64,000 nt of DNA from assembly GCA_016182875.1 (NCBI GenBank), contig JACPFQ010000004.1, forward strand, positions 259,515 to 323,514. Reading direction: 5' to 3'. The translations under genes were made by a program, and so were the position numbers. Within the stretch, counting starts at the first letter, position 1. Every line of letters starts with the position of its first letter. Positions 46,882-58,921 of the stretch are shown here, one piece after another. The notes below the pieces were generated by a model, which worked only from the letters and a program-made list of their open reading frames with translations, was not told the origin of the DNA and did no database searches. This stretch comes from Candidatus Doudnabacteria bacterium (lineage in GTDB: Bacteria; Patescibacteriota; Doudnabacteria; UBA920; O2-02-FULL-48-8).

Positions 46882-49800
46882 ATGAATACAAATATGCTTT
46901 ACGTGCGGTTTGAAAAAGTCGTTTACTGGTTTTTAATAGTGGCCATCGCCATCTGGGCATTTGGCCCGGCGGCACTCCTGCCGTTCGCGCAAGCGATCGT
47001 CACCACCACCATCACGGATCTGACCCCGCAATTCGGCGGGCAGCGGCTAAAAGCTTCCAGCAACCCGACCGCGGTGCTCAAAGTCCAGTTCGGCTCGGAC
47101 TCCAACGGCGAAACTTTGACTTCTATCAAGGTCACATTTGCCTCGGTTACCGGTTGTACCGGTTGCTGGACTTCCGGCGCGGCCACTTCTTCCGAACTTG
47201 CCGATCTGGCAGCCGCGGCTGATGGCGCAGGCGGCATCCAGCTTTGGAAAGACGCGGGTGCCGCGGGATTCCAGGGAACAGGCGTTGATACGCAAGTCGC
47301 TTTGACCGCCACCCCGCAGTACGCTTCGGCCACGACTTTTATCCTCAATCCGGCTGTTGATCCGACATTGACGACTGATGATATTTATTTCGTTGTTTTG
47401 AAAACCAAGTCTGCACCCACTAACAATAATGCTTTTACTATTGGCGTGGCCGCTGACGGCGACATTGTCACCTCGGCCAACAACCCAATCATCACGCCGG
47501 TGACCAGCCGGACGATCACAGTTGATACTGCGGCTCCGACTTTGACTGCGGCCATGAGTAATCCTTTGACTGCCGCGACCGGAGTGCCGATCAGCACCAC
47601 CCCGCACATGACTTTCTCGGAAGGCGTGGACCAAACGACTCTAATCCCTGCCAACATCACCCTAACTGCTGGCAGTGCCGTAAATGGTGCCATCCGCGCA
47701 TTTCCTGATGGATTTGATTTTATCGTTTCCAGCGCCCCTACTTATACGGCCAGCACCAGTTTTACCAAACTTAGCATTGTCTCTACCGCTTTCTTCCAAA
47801 TCGCAGGAACTAACCCCATAAGTCCGCAGGGAACTTATACCGCACCGGTGGTTGGCGACATTGTCATGACCCAGAGAGAAACTTTTCCAGCAGAGCTGGG
47901 ACTGGTCACGGATGCCACTTTGACTTCCGGCACTTTTGCCGTCAATGGGTTTGCAGGGTTTGCGCCGATGCAGATCACCAAAATAGCCACTCCTGCTGCC
48001 ACCGGCGCGGTGAGCGCTTCGACAACAGTTAATGTGGGTGACATCATAGTGGTTAATACTACTGCCAATCCTACTGATAGCCGCTACAATTGGCACATGG
48101 TCACCACAGGCGTGTCCGCAGCGGCCTTAAACGGCGGCGCATTAAGACTGGACGGCAATGGATCCGCCCCAACTTTTGCTGCCAGTTCCAGCTTCTCAAC
48201 CATCGCCCCGGCCGGCACAGCAACTGACAATGGCGCCACCAATGGCGGAAAGCTGGCAGTCGTGGTTGGCGACTTGGTATTTGTAAAAATCGGGGCAGGT
48301 TCTTATAGCTGGCATCAAGTGACTACTGCTGGCGATCTTTCCTCTGACGCCACGGAAAACACGGCGTTTATAGACGATGGCGCGGCTGATCCCGGAATTG
48401 CCGCTAGCAGTCAAATGAGCAAGATTGCAACTGCTGCCAACGGGGCGGTAACTGACACTGCAACTGTCTTTGCTTATGGAGACTTGGTGTTTGCCCAGAC
48501 CACAGCCAATGCCGCCAATAACAATGCTTATAACTTTCACATTGTGACTAATGGCGCTACCGGAGCAAACTCTACCAGCCTGCGATTCGACAACGCTCCA
48601 GGCAGCTTGGCGACTTCCACTGCCCACACCTTGACTATGACCACTGGGATTAAAGATTTAGCCGGAAACGCTTTGGCTACAAACCAAGTCATTACCTTTA
48701 CTACGGGCGGCACCGGCGGGACCAACACCACGCCGCCATTTGTCCAATCCTCCCAGCCGCAGTCCGGCAGCCAAACCCATGCCATTGGCGCGCCCATCAG
48801 GCTGACGTTTAGCGTGGACATGGCTGCAAGCGGCGGCGGGTCAATTCTTGCTGATGCCAACATAGGTTTGTTTACCGATGTCAACGGCGCTCCTGGAGTC
48901 GCTGTGACTACTACCAAAGCTTATGACTCGGCTTCCAGAACAGTCACCCTGACTCCTGCAACGCTGACTGCTGCAACCGGGTATGTGGCCAGGGTCAATA
49001 CCACTGCCACTTCCACTACGGGAACTGCTTTAAACAGTCCGAGTACGCAGCCTTATTTCTTATTCTTCAAGACCGCTTCCGGGGCCGCTGATACCGCGGC
49101 ACCAACCGTGCAAGGGGTCTCTCCGGCCACTGGCTCAACCGGGGTTAGCATGAGCACGGTCATTAGCGCGGGATTCAGCGAAGACATTGATCCTTCGACT
49201 GTCTCCACAACTACCGTGACGCTTGCCAAAACTACGCCCCTGACTGCGATTACCGGCAATGTCAGCTACAATTCGGCCAGCAGATCCGTTAACTTTACCC
49301 CTTCAACAGTGCTTGAAGCCACCACCGGCTATACCTTTACCATTGTCGGCGGAGCAAGCGGGATTAATGATTTGTCGGGCAATGATTTGGCCGCAAACTT
49401 TACTTCAACTTTCACGACCACTGGCACAGCCGACAATGTCCTGCCGAAAGTCTCATTTGCCGCGGCTGACGACTTTGGCGTAGCCATAACCTTTAACGAA
49501 ACCATGAAAACCGGCGGCGGGCCTAATGCTGCGGACAACATTGTCAACTACAGCTTGCAAAGCCCGACTGGCTCTTCCATTTCTTTAGGCGGCAAAACCG
49601 TGACTTATGATTCCGCCACCAAAACCGCGCGCATCTCAGGACTTAGTTTGCAAAACGGCAATACCTTTAAAGTTACGGTCAATGCTCCCACCCAGGATTT
49701 GGCTGGCAATGGCATGGATACTACTGGCACGCCGGCTAACAACACGGCTTTTGGCACGGTCCAAAATTCCACCACCACGGGAGGAAACTTGGGCCCTGGC

Positions 49801-52800
49801 TCAGGCACGATTAACTTTAGCCAGCAGGGCATGAACCCAACCAGGGTGACTCCCATGAACCGGGCGGCGGGAGCGACCAGCAATTACAAAGCGGAGTTTT
49901 TGGCCGCGACCTCTGTGCCTTCGGGCGGCAAGATTGTCCTGACTTTCCCAGCCGGCTTTACCGTAACCAATGCCGCGGCAGTGGCCGCAGCGAGTAGCTT
50001 CTGCAACGCTGATTTAAACGGGCCAGGCATTGGCGCTGTCACCATCGCCGGTTCTCTTGCCAACGATAACGCGGCCGGAACCATCACCATCACCACCGGC
50101 GGAGATGCCACAGGCGCCAATGCTTTCTTGTGCCTGGAGCTTTCCGGGATTGTCAACTCCACGGTTCCCAACACTGCCGGCTACACCGTTGACATCAAAA
50201 CCCGCGATACCGCGGCCAACAACCTCGCAATCTTGGAAACCAAAACTGCCTCGCCGTTCTTTTTGGGACAAACCGGTTCCCGCACACTCACTGTTAACGT
50301 CTTCAACGACAACGGCGCGGGAGTCGGCGGGGTAGCCAATGACAACATCAAAAATGGATCAGAAGCCGCGATTGCCAATGCCAAAGTCTTCTTGTTCTCG
50401 CCGTCCGTGGGAGGACAAGCAGGCACCACTGACGTCAATGGCCAAACGACATTCACCAGTTTGGCAGACGGCGAATATATGATCGGCCTTGAGCCGGCCT
50501 CGGTGGGCGGCGGCGGGTTTGCGCTTAATTCCGCGCCCCAGCCGTTTACTCTCTCAGCTTCCAGCTTAACCAAAAACTTCGGCTTGCGCGCAGCCCCCTA
50601 TACAATTTCCGGCACTGTGGCGGGACCTAACGGCACAATTGTAGATGTGTTTGCTTCCTCACCTAATGGTTTTACCAAGACCACCATAACTCTCTTGGGC
50701 TTAGGCACGCCTGTTGCCTATTCTTTGCCGGCGCAGGACTTGACCACTTACAACGTGGGCGTAGGCCCAACCATGCCGGAAGCGTCTCTGCGGCCCGGAG
50801 CCCCGCCGCCGCCGCCGCCGACAGCCACTGATAAGACCATTGCCGGCACCGTGGTTGATTCATCCGGCGGCGGAATTTCCAATGCCGGCGTGTTCTGCCG
50901 GCCTTCGGAAAGCTCTACCGGCACTTCTTCCGGCTTTGGCACGGGTGGCATGACCAACACTTCCGGCGCCTTTACGCTTAATGTTACTACCGGAGTTTAC
51001 CTTTGCGGAGTGTTCAAACCCGGCATGCCGCCGGCTCCGGAAAAGCAAATCACGGTGGGCGCTGCCGCTAATACCCCAACTAGCCTGGCCTTTATCATTG
51101 ACGTGGCGACCACGCTGACAATTTCCGGAACTATCAAAGATGACAGCGGCAACGCCATCCCGTATGCCGGAGTCAGCGGCCGCAAAGTTGTTTCCACCAC
51201 CAATACCACGCCAGTCGGCGGCGATTCCAGCAACTTTGCCGGCGGCCCGACAGACGCCAATGGCGCTTACACCCTCTATGTGACAACCGGCACCTGGGTG
51301 GTGGAAGCCTTCGCTCCCGGCTTTGGCAGATTGGGAACCAAGACAATCACGGTCGCTGCGTCAAGCTTAAGCGGCCAGGACTTTTCTGCTCAAACCTTAA
51401 GTATCGGCACGATTACCGGTTCTGCTACCAGGGATAGCAGTCCGGTGCAGGGAGTCATGGTGCGGGCAGAAAGTAGTAGCGGCGGCAATATGGGAGTGAC
51501 AGATGCTGCTGGGGCTTATACAGTTAAAGTTCCGGCCGGCACTTACACCATCACTTGTTTCTTCCCGGGAGTCGGCGAAAGCACTCCCATCACGGGAGTT
51601 GTCGTGACATCAGGAAATACCACCGCCGCGGGAGCTTGCGCGCTGGCTGCCCCGATTACTATTACCGTCAACGTCACTGACGGCACCAATCCGATTACCA
51701 ATGCCGGCGTCGAGGTGCGCGATCCTGTCACAGGACGCGGCAACTTTAGTTCGACTTCTACCACTTCAGGCGTGAACGCTGTTTATACCGTGGTCGTGCC
51801 TCCTGGCACCTACAATGTGCGCGCCGGGCATCCAGCCTACGGCAGCGTGGGCCAAACCGCCAATGTCAGCACAACGCAAACTATTACTTACAATGTCGGC
51901 AGCTCCAAACAATTATACGCGGTGACCGGCACAGTCACGGGAGACGCAGTGGCCCTAAGCGGCGCCTGGGTGTCATTAAACGGCACTCCCACCGGGGCCA
52001 CGAACACTGTTTTCTTGGGCGCCCAGACCATTGCCAATGGCACATTCACCATCAATGTCCCGCCAGGAGCTTACAGGATTAGGGCGGACAAGCCGGGTTA
52101 TAAATCGCCGGCAGAAACCGCAGTCACCGTCACTGGTGCCGCAGTGACTGCCGGAACCATTGCCTTAACCACAGCCGCTCGGACCATTGCCGGAACAGTG
52201 ACTTTGGACAGCGCTGGCATTTCCAACGCATTTGTGGATGCTACAGATGGCAATGGCGGTTATGCGGTGGCTCAAACCAATGCCTCAGGCGCTTATACCT
52301 TGAACGTTGACAACGGTACTTGGACGATTAGAGCGCACAGCCAAGGCTATGAAGGTGGTCCCTTGCCAGTGACGGTCAGCGGGGCCAATGTCACTGGCCA
52401 AACTATTACGCTTTCAGCTATTTCAGGCTTTACCATTACAGCTGAACGGCCCGAGACCGTGACCCCGACTGCCGGAGGATTTATCGGCAACACCGACATT
52501 GGCACGCACTTCCAATTGGAAATTCCGGCAAACGCGCTAGGCACTGGTTCCAATGCAGCAACCGTGACGACCAAAGTCAACACAGCCATGCCCAACCCGC
52601 CAACCGGAACGATCCTAAACAAGAATGCAGTGACGATTGATGCCGTGGATGCTTCGGGCCAGCCCATCTCAAGCTTGAATGATGAGATCACGATTACGAT
52701 TCCTTATACGCAAGCTGATTTGCCAGCCGGCACTTCCGAAGAATCATTGGTTATCGGTGTTTGGAATGACGCCACGCAAACTTATGATACGCTTTCAACG

Positions 52801-54015
52801 ACGGTTGACACGACCCTAGATACTCTAACCGCCACAGTTTCTCACTTGTCAGACTTCGCGCCGTTAGTTTCATCCGGCGGCTCTCCGCCAGCTACTCCGA
52901 CCAATCTGGCGGCCAGCAATACCGGCGATGGCGCCTCGGTCAGGCTGACTTGGACTGAAGTCTCGGGAGCTACCAGCTACAACATCTACCGCTCCACTGA
53001 CAATTCGACTTTCCCACTGCTGGCCAATACCGCCCAGACCACCGGAGCTTATAATGCCACCAGCTTAACCAACGGGACGACCTACTACTTCAAGATTAGC
53101 GCGCAGAACTCAACGGGAGATGAATCAGCCGCCACTTCTGCGGTAACAATCACTGTCGCTGCAAGCGGCGGAGGCGGTGGTGGAGGCGGCGGCGGAAGTG
53201 CTGCTCCGGTAAGCCCAACCCCGACTCCCACGCCAACACCTACTCCGATCCCAACGCCCACTCCAACACCGAGTCCGAGTCCGACTCCGACTCCCGCTCC
53301 CAGCGGAGCGCACTCAAATGGAACATTAGTCAACGACAATGGAACAATCTATCTGATTAAGAGCGGCAAACGAATCGGGTTTAGGAACGAAGCTGAGTAT
53401 AAATCTCACGGATATAATTTCGGCCAGGCAGTAGCCGCGAATGCTCAGGATAAAACCCTTCCACAAGCGGAATTTGTCCAAAAAGCTTTGGAAGGAACCT
53501 TGGTGCTTGATGCTGCTGACAACAAGACCATCTACATGATTGGCTCAAATGGCACCAAGCGCGGGTTTACGTCTGAATCGGTGTTCAAAGGCTTGGGATA
53601 TAACTTCAAAGACATTCCCAAGATCAATCTGTCGGATTATCCGCCAGGGCCCCCTGTTGCTGATTCAGCGCTTACTCACCCTGATGGCGCCTTGGTCCTG
53701 GACGGCAAAACTGTCTGGTGGATTCGAGGCAATACCCGCCAGGGCTTCGAGTCCGAAGCGGTGTTCAACACTTATGGCTTCAAGTTTTCCAACGTCACTA
53801 AAGTCAACCCAGCCGACAAGGCTTTAGTCGAAGGCCCGCTCGTCAAGTTCCGTGACGGGACCCTGGTCAAAGACGGAGCCGATTACTACCTGATTTCCGA
53901 CGGCAAGAAGCTCAAGTTTGCTTCCACTGCCGACTTGACTGCCAAGGGCTATAAATCATCTAACGCGATTAGCGGCTCATTGGGCAGTTACGAGTCAGGC
54001 GGCGGTGTGCAGTAA
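46882..54015 (+). CDS. giant S-layer-like surface protein (2377 aa): signal peptide, Big_5/SbsA-Ig-like, CarboxypepD_reg-like and fibronectin type III domains, PT linker, four C-terminal 45-aa modules
   Basis: DTAAPT... Ig-like repeats; repeated GTY.I.A..PG(Y/F) modules; [34 protein letters not shown] Fn3 motif; C-terminus paralogous to ORF 44307. Confidence 0.75.
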   Translation: MNTNMLYVRFEKVVYWFLIVAIAIWAFGPAALLPFAQAIVTTTITDLTPQFGGQRLKASSNPTAVLKVQFGSDSNGETLTSIKVTFASVTGCTGCWTSGAATSSELADLAAAADGAGGIQLWKDAGAAGFQGTGVDTQVALTATPQYASATTFILNPAVDPTLTTDDIYFVVLKTKSAPTNNNAFTIGVAADGDIVTSANNPIITPVTSRTITVDTAAPTLTAAMSNPLTAATGVPISTTPHMTFSEGVDQTTLIPANITLTAGSAVNGAIRAFPDGFDFIVSSAPTYTASTSFTKLSIVSTAFFQIAGTNPISPQGTYTAPVVGDIVMTQRETFPAELGLVTDATLTSGTFAVNGFAGFAPMQITKIATPAATGAVSASTTVNVGDIIVVNTTANPTDSRYNWHMVTTGVSAAALNGGALRLDGNGSAPTFAASSSFSTIAPAGTATDNGATNGGKLAVVVGDLVFVKIGAGSYSWHQVTTAGDLSSDATENTAFIDDGAADPGIAASSQMSKIATAANGAVTDTATVFAYGDLVFAQTTANAANNNAYNFHIVTNGATGANSTSLRFDNAPGSLATSTAHTLTMTTGIKDLAGNALATNQVITFTTGGTGGTNTTPPFVQSSQPQSGSQTHAIGAPIRLTFSVDMAASGGGSILADANIGLFTDVNGAPGVAVTTTKAYDSASRTVTLTPATLTAATGYVARVNTTATSTTGTALNSPSTQPYFLFFKTASGAADTAAPTVQGVSPATGSTGVSMSTVISAGFSEDIDPSTVSTTTVTLAKTTPLTAITGNVSYNSASRSVNFTPSTVLEATTGYTFTIVGGASGINDLSGNDLAANFTSTFTTTGTADNVLPKVSFAAADDFGVAITFNETMKTGGGPNAADNIVNYSLQSPTGSSISLGGKTVTYDSATKTARISGLSLQNGNTFKVTVNAPTQDLAGNGMDTTGTPANNTAFGTVQNSTTTGGNLGPGSGTINFSQQGMNPTRVTPMNRAAGATSNYKAEFLAATSVPSGGKIVLTFPAGFTVTNAAAVAAASSFCNADLNGPGIGAVTIAGSLANDNAAGTITITTGGDATGANAFLCLELSGIVNSTVPNTAGYTVDIKTRDTAANNLAILETKTASPFFLGQTGSRTLTVNVFNDNGAGVGGVANDNIKNGSEAAIANAKVFLFSPSVGGQAGTTDVNGQTTFTSLADGEYMIGLEPASVGGGGFALNSAPQPFTLSASSLTKNFGLRAAPYTISGTVAGPNGTIVDVFASSPNGFTKTTITLLGLGTPVAYSLPAQDLTTYNVGVGPTMPEASLRPGAPPPPPPTATDKTIAGTVVDSSGGGISNAGVFCRPSESSTGTSSGFGTGGMTNTSGAFTLNVTTGVYLCGVFKPGMPPAPEKQITVGAAANTPTSLAFIIDVATTLTISGTIKDDSGNAIPYAGVSGRKVVSTTNTTPVGGDSSNFAGGPTDANGAYTLYVTTGTWVVEAFAPGFGRLGTKTITVAASSLSGQDFSAQTLSIGTITGSATRDSSPVQGVMVRAESSSGGNMGVTDAAGAYTVKVPAGTYTITCFFPGVGESTPITGVVVTSGNTTAAGACALAAPITITVNVTDGTNPITNAGVEVRDPVTGRGNFSSTSTTSGVNAVYTVVVPPGTYNVRAGHPAYGSVGQTANVSTTQTITYNVGSSKQLYAVTGTVTGDAVALSGAWVSLNGTPTGATNTVFLGAQTIANGTFTINVPPGAYRIRADKPGYKSPAETAVTVTGAAVTAGTIALTTAARTIAGTVTLDSAGISNAFVDATDGNGGYAVAQTNASGAYTLNVDNGTWTIRAHSQGYEGGPLPVTVSGANVTGQTITLSAISGFTITAERPETVTPTAGGFIGNTDIGTHFQLEIPANALGTGSNAATVTTKVNTAMPNPPTGTILNKNAVTIDAVDASGQPISSLNDEITITIPYTQADLPAGTSEESLVIGVWNDATQTYDTLSTTVDTTLDTLTATVSHLSDFAPLVSSGGSPPATPTNLAASNTGDGASVRLTWTEVSGATSYNIYRSTDNSTFPLLANTAQTTGAYNATSLTNGTTYYFKISAQNSTGDESAATSAVTITVAASGGGGGGGGGGSAAPVSPTPTPTPTPTPIPTPTPTPSPSPTPTPAPSGAHSNGTLVNDNGTIYLIKSGKRIGFRNEAEYKSHGYNFGQAVAANAQDKTLPQAEFVQKALEGTLVLDAADNKTIYMIGSNGTKRGFTSESVFKGLGYNFKDIPKINLSDYPPGPPVADSALTHPDGALVLDGKTVWWIRGNTRQGFESEAVFNTYGFKFSNVTKVNPADKALVEGPLVKFRDGTLVKDGADYYLISDGKKLKFASTADLTAKGYKSSNAISGSLGSYESGGGVQ

Positions 54016-54035
54016 ATAAAACAAAAAGTTCCCCC

Positions 54036-54067
54036 AAAAAACCCGTTTTTCAAAAAGCGGGTTTTTT
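54036..54067 (+). terminator. rho-independent terminator
   Basis: aaaaaacccg tttttcaaaaa gcgggtttttt. Confidence 0.55.
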
Positions 54068-54087
54068 GATAATCTGTTCCATATACA

Positions 54088-54120
54088 TTGACATAAAAAC
54101 ATCGGTCGCTATAATTATGT
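54088..54120 (+). promoter_or_regulatory. promoter/operator module copy 1 (TTGACA-16-TATAAT inside acataaaaacatcggtcgctataattatgt)
   Basis: Identical 30-bp module repeated at 54672-54701; ends in the inverted repeat ACATAA...TTATGT. Confidence 0.55.
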
Positions 54121-54121
54121 C

Positions 54122-54667
54122 ATGAGAATTAAAGGCTCTGAGATTTTAAAATATGTTTTGCTGGGCATTGGATTAACCGGATTGGTGCTCGTTGCCATTA
54201 CTGCGCCTAATCTTTTTTCGGCATTAGGGCAATTTACCGGCCGCAAAGGTTACAGAAAACAGCAGATCCGGCGCGCGTTTGACTACGCCAGAAAAAGCCA
54301 GATGATAGAAATCAAAAAAACTCCAAGCGGCTACGCGGTCATGCTTACGGAAAAGGGCAAGGAAAGAATGGCTAAATTTCGTTTGGGCGAGCTTGAGCTT
54401 GCTAAACCCAAAAAGTGGGACGGCAAATGGCGCGTTGTTATTTTCGACATTCCGGAAAGGTATAAATTGAGTCGCCTGGTTTTCGCCAAGAAACTTAAAG
54501 AGCTTGGATTGGCCCAAATGCAGAAAAGCGTCTGGGTTTGGCCTTATGATCTGCAAGACGAAATAGATCTGATGAAGGAAGCTTATGAAATCAGGCCATT
54601 TGTCCGCCTGATTTTGGCTCAAAACATCGACCGGCAGACAGACTTGCTTAAATTTTTTAATTTATAG
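54122..54667 (+). CDS. membrane-anchored PaaX-like transcriptional regulator (wHTH plus PaaX_C-like domain)
   Basis: 181 aa; N-terminal TM; KWDGKWRVVIFDIPERYKLSRLVFAKKLKELGLAQMQKSVWVWP matches the PaaX C-terminal signature. Confidence 0.5.
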   Translation: MRIKGSEILKYVLLGIGLTGLVLVAITAPNLFSALGQFTGRKGYRKQQIRRAFDYARKSQMIEIKKTPSGYAVMLTEKGKERMAKFRLGELELAKPKKWDGKWRVVIFDIPERYKLSRLVFAKKLKELGLAQMQKSVWVWPYDLQDEIDLMKEAYEIRPFVRLILAQNIDRQTDLLKFFNL

Positions 54668-54668
54668 C

Positions 54669-54701
54669 TTAACATAAAAACATCGGTCGCTATAATTATG
54701 T
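54669..54701 (+). promoter_or_regulatory. promoter/operator module copy 2 (TTAACA-16-TATAAT) upstream of pilB
   Basis: aacataaaaacatcggtcgctataattatgtt, 30/30 identical to the copy-1 core. Confidence 0.55.
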
Positions 54702-54818
54702 TAAATTGTCAGAGGAGCCTGCTTCTCTTATAAAGTAGGCTTTATGGTATAATAAGGACGACCTTTTGATTATTTCAGAAACAAACCTAGTGCAATTTAT
54801 TAAATTTCTACTACCCTG

Positions 54819-56567
54819 ATGGCTTTAAACGAGCAGGATTTAAAACGTGCTTTGGTTTCAAAAAAAATCCTCAGTGCAAAAAGCTGGGACGAGCAGTTAG
54901 CTGAGGCTAAAACCAAAAGACAGGATATCGGCCAGCTTCTGATCGACAAGAAGCTGGTGGAAGAAGAACAACTGGCGCAAATCACCGCTCAGTTTTTTGA
55001 TGTTGAATACGTCGACCTCAAACAGCTTGAACAGATTCCTAAAGAAGTCCTGCTTTTGGTTCCGGAGCCGATTGCCCGGCGGCATCAGGTGGTAGCGTTT
55101 GGAAAGGAAAAGGACAAGCTAAACCTGGCCATGATTGACCCCAATGACCTGGAGACCAGGGATGCCATTAAGAAAAAGACGGACTTGGTAGTTTTGCCTT
55201 TTTTGATTTCCAAAAGCTCTTTGGACTGGGGGCTCAAGCAGTACCACACCTCGCTTGAAGCTGAATTTGCCAAAATAGTTTCGCAGCCTTCGAAGGAAGG
55301 CGAACATGAACCGGAGGCGGTCACGGCCAAACTCAAGGAAATGGCTCAAGAGATCCCGGTGGTCCGCGTCGTCGATACGCTCTTGGAGTATGCGATTTTG
55401 GAGAAAGCCTCGGACATCCATATCGAGCCTCATGAGAAAGACTTAATCGTGCGATACAGAATCGACGGCGTGCTCCATGAAGTCATGACCTTGCCCAAGG
55501 TCATCCAGCCGGCGCTTGTGGCGCGGATTAAAGTTATCGCCGACTTGAAAATCGACGAACATCGACTGCCGCAGGACGGCCGCTTCAAAGTGGAAAAGGA
55601 AGATTATAAAATTTCGATTCGGGTCTCGACCATTCCCGTGTTCGACGGCGAAAAGGTCGTCATGCGCCTGCTTGATGAATCAGCCCGCGCCATGACCCTT
55701 GAAGAGCTCGGGTTTATCCATCGCAATTACGATACGATACTGCGAAACGTCAAAAAACCGCACGGCGCCCTGTTTGTCACCGGCCCTACCGGAAGCGGCA
55801 AATCGACCACGCTTTATACCATTATTTCCATGCTCAACACCAAAGGCGTCAATATTTCCACGATTGAAGAGCCGATCGAGTATCACATCCCGGGTGTCAA
55901 TCAAATGCAGGTTAATCCCAAGATCGGGTTGACTTTCGCCACTGGTTTAAGGGCGCTTTTGAGGCAGGACCCGAACATCATTATGATTGGCGAGGTCAGA
56001 GACCGAGAAACCGCGGAGGAAGCCGTGCACGCGGCTTTGACCGGACACATAGTTTTGGCCACGCTTCACACCAATAATGCTTCCGGAGCATTGCCCAGGC
56101 TTCTCGACATCGGCGTAGAACCATACTTGATTGCCTCCACCATCAACGCCGTGGTCGGGCAAAGGCTGACCAGGCAAATATGCCAGGATTGCAAAGTCGA
56201 GGTCCATATCGATGAAAAATTCGAGGAAAGTTTGCGAAAGGAATACAATCTCGAGCATTTATTGGGGGTCATGAAGCGCGAGGGTTTTATCGAAAAAAAT
56301 ATAAAAAATCTGAGGGAGGTTACTTTTTACAAAGGCCAGGGGTGCGACAAGTGCGGCCATACGGGCTACAGGACCCGCAAGGGTATTTATGAAGTTTTGG
56401 AAGTAACCGCGGAAATCCAGGACTTGATTTTGAAACACGCTCCGACTTCCCAGATCCAGGAAAAAGCCGTGGAACAGGGGATGATTTTGATGTGGGAGGA
56501 CGGATTTATCAAATGCGCGCAGGGCCAAACCACCATTGAGGAGATTTTGAGGGTGAGTAAAGAATAA
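54819..56567 (+). CDS. pilB: type IV pilus assembly ATPase PilB (GspE family)
   Basis: 582 aa; N-terminal GSPII_E domain; Walker A GPTGSGKST; Asp box; His box; C-terminal CDKCGHTGY zinc motif. Confidence 0.9.
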   Translation: MALNEQDLKRALVSKKILSAKSWDEQLAEAKTKRQDIGQLLIDKKLVEEEQLAQITAQFFDVEYVDLKQLEQIPKEVLLLVPEPIARRHQVVAFGKEKDKLNLAMIDPNDLETRDAIKKKTDLVVLPFLISKSSLDWGLKQYHTSLEAEFAKIVSQPSKEGEHEPEAVTAKLKEMAQEIPVVRVVDTLLEYAILEKASDIHIEPHEKDLIVRYRIDGVLHEVMTLPKVIQPALVARIKVIADLKIDEHRLPQDGRFKVEKEDYKISIRVSTIPVFDGEKVVMRLLDESARAMTLEELGFIHRNYDTILRNVKKPHGALFVTGPTGSGKSTTLYTIISMLNTKGVNISTIEEPIEYHIPGVNQMQVNPKIGLTFATGLRALLRQDPNIIMIGEVRDRETAEEAVHAALTGHIVLATLHTNNASGALPRLLDIGVEPYLIASTINAVVGQRLTRQICQDCKVEVHIDEKFEESLRKEYNLEHLLGVMKREGFIEKNIKNLREVTFYKGQGCDKCGHTGYRTRKGIYEVLEVTAEIQDLILKHAPTSQIQEKAVEQGMILMWEDGFIKCAQGQTTIEEILRVSKE

Positions 56568-56657
56568 TGCAAAAATCAAAGCTCAAAAATCAAAATGTAA
56601 TTAAAAATGCAAAGAGAATAATTTTTAATTTTGCTTTGTCATTTTGCATTTTGACTT

Positions 56658-57893
56658 TTGCATTTTGAATTTTTAAATATGCCTGAATTTTCATATATCG
56701 CAAGATCCAAAACCGGGAGCCTGGAACAGGATGTCATGACGGCCGTTTCCGAACGGGCTGTGGCCGACGCCTTGAGAGCCAAAGGATTGATGCCGACGTC
56801 CATCAAAGCTCTAAGAAAAAGCTTTGATTTGGAAATTTTAAAAGGATTTCTGACCCCGATCAGGCTGATCGAAAAAATAACCTTCATCAAAAATTTGTCC
56901 GTGATGCTTAAAGCCGGCTTGCCCGCGGCCAAAAGCCTCAAGATTTTATCAACGCAGACTACCAACCAAAAATTTGTCAAAGTCATTTCCGATTTGGCCA
57001 AAGCCGTGGAAGCCGGCACATCTTTGGCGGACGCCATGGGCAAGCACCCCGGAGTGTTTTCTCCAATTTTTGTCAGCATGGTCCGCGCTGGTGAAATCTC
57101 GGGCAATCTGGAAAAGAATCTCCTTTATTTGTCCGAACAAATGCAGCGGGACTACGACTTAATTTCCAAGGCCCGCGGCGCCTTGACTTACCCAATCGTG
57201 GTTTTAATCGCTTTGGGCATCGTCGGCTTCCTTATGTTCACCTTTGTCCTGCCCAAGCTGACCGATACTTTTAAAGACTTGAACGTTCCACTGCCGCTCA
57301 TGACCAGAGTCGTGATGGCGGTTGTGGACTTATTCGCGAAATATGGAATCTTCATCATTTTCCTCCTGATTTTATGCTTTTTTGGATTTATGTATTGGCG
57401 CAAGAGCGAAGGCGGGAAGAAAGTCATTCACATGGCGGTGTTTTATGTTCCCATTGGCAGCGGGATAGTCAAAAAAATCAACCTGGCCAGGTTTGTGCGC
57501 ACTTTTTCTTCGCTTATGAAAAGCGGCATGCCGATTGTGGAAGCGCTGGAAGTATCCTCCCATGTCGTCGGCAATATTTATTACCAAAAAGTGATTGCCG
57601 AGGCCGCGGCCAAAGTAAAAGTCGGCTCGCCGCTGGCCGCAAGCTTCAAAAAGCAGCCTAAATTGTTTCCGAATCTGGTGGTGGAAATGATGGAGGTCGG
57701 CGAGGAATCGGGCACGACGGATGAAGTCCTTTCTGAGGTTGCCGCGTTTTATGAATCCGAAGTCGACCAGACCATGAAAAATTTATCCTCGATTTTGGAA
57801 CCGGTTATTATGATGGTCATTGGAGCCGTGGTCGGGTTGCTGGCGGTGGCTCTGGTAACGCCGATTTATAACATTACGCAAAGCATAGGATGA
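56658..57893 (+). CDS. pilC: type IV pilus inner-membrane platform protein PilC (GspF family); probable start MPEFSY at 56679
   Basis: 411 aa; two GspF repeats (AGLPAAKSLKIL..., SGMPIVEALEV...). Confidence 0.85.
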   Translation: MHFEFLNMPEFSYIARSKTGSLEQDVMTAVSERAVADALRAKGLMPTSIKALRKSFDLEILKGFLTPIRLIEKITFIKNLSVMLKAGLPAAKSLKILSTQTTNQKFVKVISDLAKAVEAGTSLADAMGKHPGVFSPIFVSMVRAGEISGNLEKNLLYLSEQMQRDYDLISKARGALTYPIVVLIALGIVGFLMFTFVLPKLTDTFKDLNVPLPLMTRVVMAVVDLFAKYGIFIIFLLILCFFGFMYWRKSEGGKKVIHMAVFYVPIGSGIVKKINLARFVRTFSSLMKSGMPIVEALEVSSHVVGNIYYQKVIAEAAAKVKVGSPLAASFKKQPKLFPNLVVEMMEVGEESGTTDEVLSEVAAFYESEVDQTMKNLSSILEPVIMMVIGAVVGLLAVALVTPIYNITQSIG

Positions 57894-58276
57894 AAAATAA
57901 CAGGCAAGCCGGTTTATCTTTGATGGAAGTGGTTATAAGCATGGCCATGATACTGGTTCTTTTTATTTTGTATATCGCGGCGCAAAACACGACGATTCAC
58001 ACAAGGAAACTACGCTATGAAAATTTGGCTTACCATGCGGCCAACAAAAAAATGGAAGAACTTCGGGCGACGGCTTTTAATTCACTTCCCGTCTCGGGCG
58101 CCATTTCCGACTCAATGCTTGGCCAAATTCCATCCGGGGCCGGCAGTTTTACGGTCAATGACTACGCCGGCTTCAGCGGTTTGAAGGAAGTTATCGTGAC
58201 TGTAACTTGGAATGACGGCATTAGCAAGCAGGTCGTTTTGAAAACTTTAGCTGGGAGCGGAGGAATTAATCCATGA
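57890..58276 (+). CDS. prepilin-type N-terminal cleavage/methylation domain protein (pseudopilin)
   Basis: 128 aa; QAGLSLMEVVISMAMILVLFI class III signal; overlaps the pilC stop. Confidence 0.7.
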   Translation: MKNNRQAGLSLMEVVISMAMILVLFILYIAAQNTTIHTRKLRYENLAYHAANKKMEELRATAFNSLPVSGAISDSMLGQIPSGAGSFTVNDYAGFSGLKEVIVTVTWNDGISKQVVLKTLAGSGGINP

Positions 58277-58917
58277 CGAGAATGCGGTATATGTTTAACG
58301 GCAGCGCAACGCGTATCGGTAAGCGTTTGACGTTTAGCGATCAGATTTCCCCCCTTGGAACAAGGGGGGATCAAGGGGGGTTAGACGCTGGCTTCACCCT
58401 CATCGAGGTCATAATCGTGGTCTTCATGCTCGGGATGGCCATGCTCGTGCTGACCAGCCTTTTCCTCAACCAAAACCAAGTTTACCAAAGCCAGACCGCG
58501 GAGCTTAACGTCACGGCCGATGCCCGGTTCGCCTTGGACGATATTGATTCCTCGGTTCGAGCCGCGGACGTGGTGGCGGCAAGCTATAGTTCATATACTA
58601 CAGGAACGCAAGTTTTGGTTCTGCAGATTCCTTCCATCAATGCTTCCAACCAAATCATCGCGGCGGCTTATGATTATTTCGTTTACTATCTAACCGGCAG
58701 TGATTTCTTTCGGCAAATCTTCCCCAATGCATCAAGCAGCCGGCAGGCCACAACGAAAAAAATAGCTTCCAATGTCACAGGCTTGCTTTTCAGTTACGAC
58801 AATGGCGACTCGGCTTTGGTTAAGCAAGTGACCACGGACTTAACCATCCAGCAGTCAGGCGGAAGGTACAATCGGTCAATCACAATTTCTTCCAAGTCGA
58901 GATTAAGAAATAACTAA
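58273..58917 (+). CDS. prepilin-type protein with unusually long leader (pilin motif GFTLIEVIIVVFML at residue about 40)
   Basis: 214 aa; the leader region contains a poly-C/poly-G hairpin (ccccccttggaacaagggggg) at 58350-58385. Confidence 0.55.
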   Translation: MTRMRYMFNGSATRIGKRLTFSDQISPLGTRGDQGGLDAGFTLIEVIIVVFMLGMAMLVLTSLFLNQNQVYQSQTAELNVTADARFALDDIDSSVRAADVVAASYSSYTTGTQVLVLQIPSINASNQIIAAAYDYFVYYLTGSDFFRQIFPNASSSRQATTKKIASNVTGLLFSYDNGDSALVKQVTTDLTIQQSGGRYNRSITISSKSRLRNN

Positions 58918-58921
58918 GGTC

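Noticed and set aside
47000-53400. Numerous antisense and alternative-frame ORFs inside the giant surface-protein genes
   Set aside because: They are artefacts of GC-rich, repeat-rich coding sequence. The long sense frame has coherent domain architecture and signal peptide.
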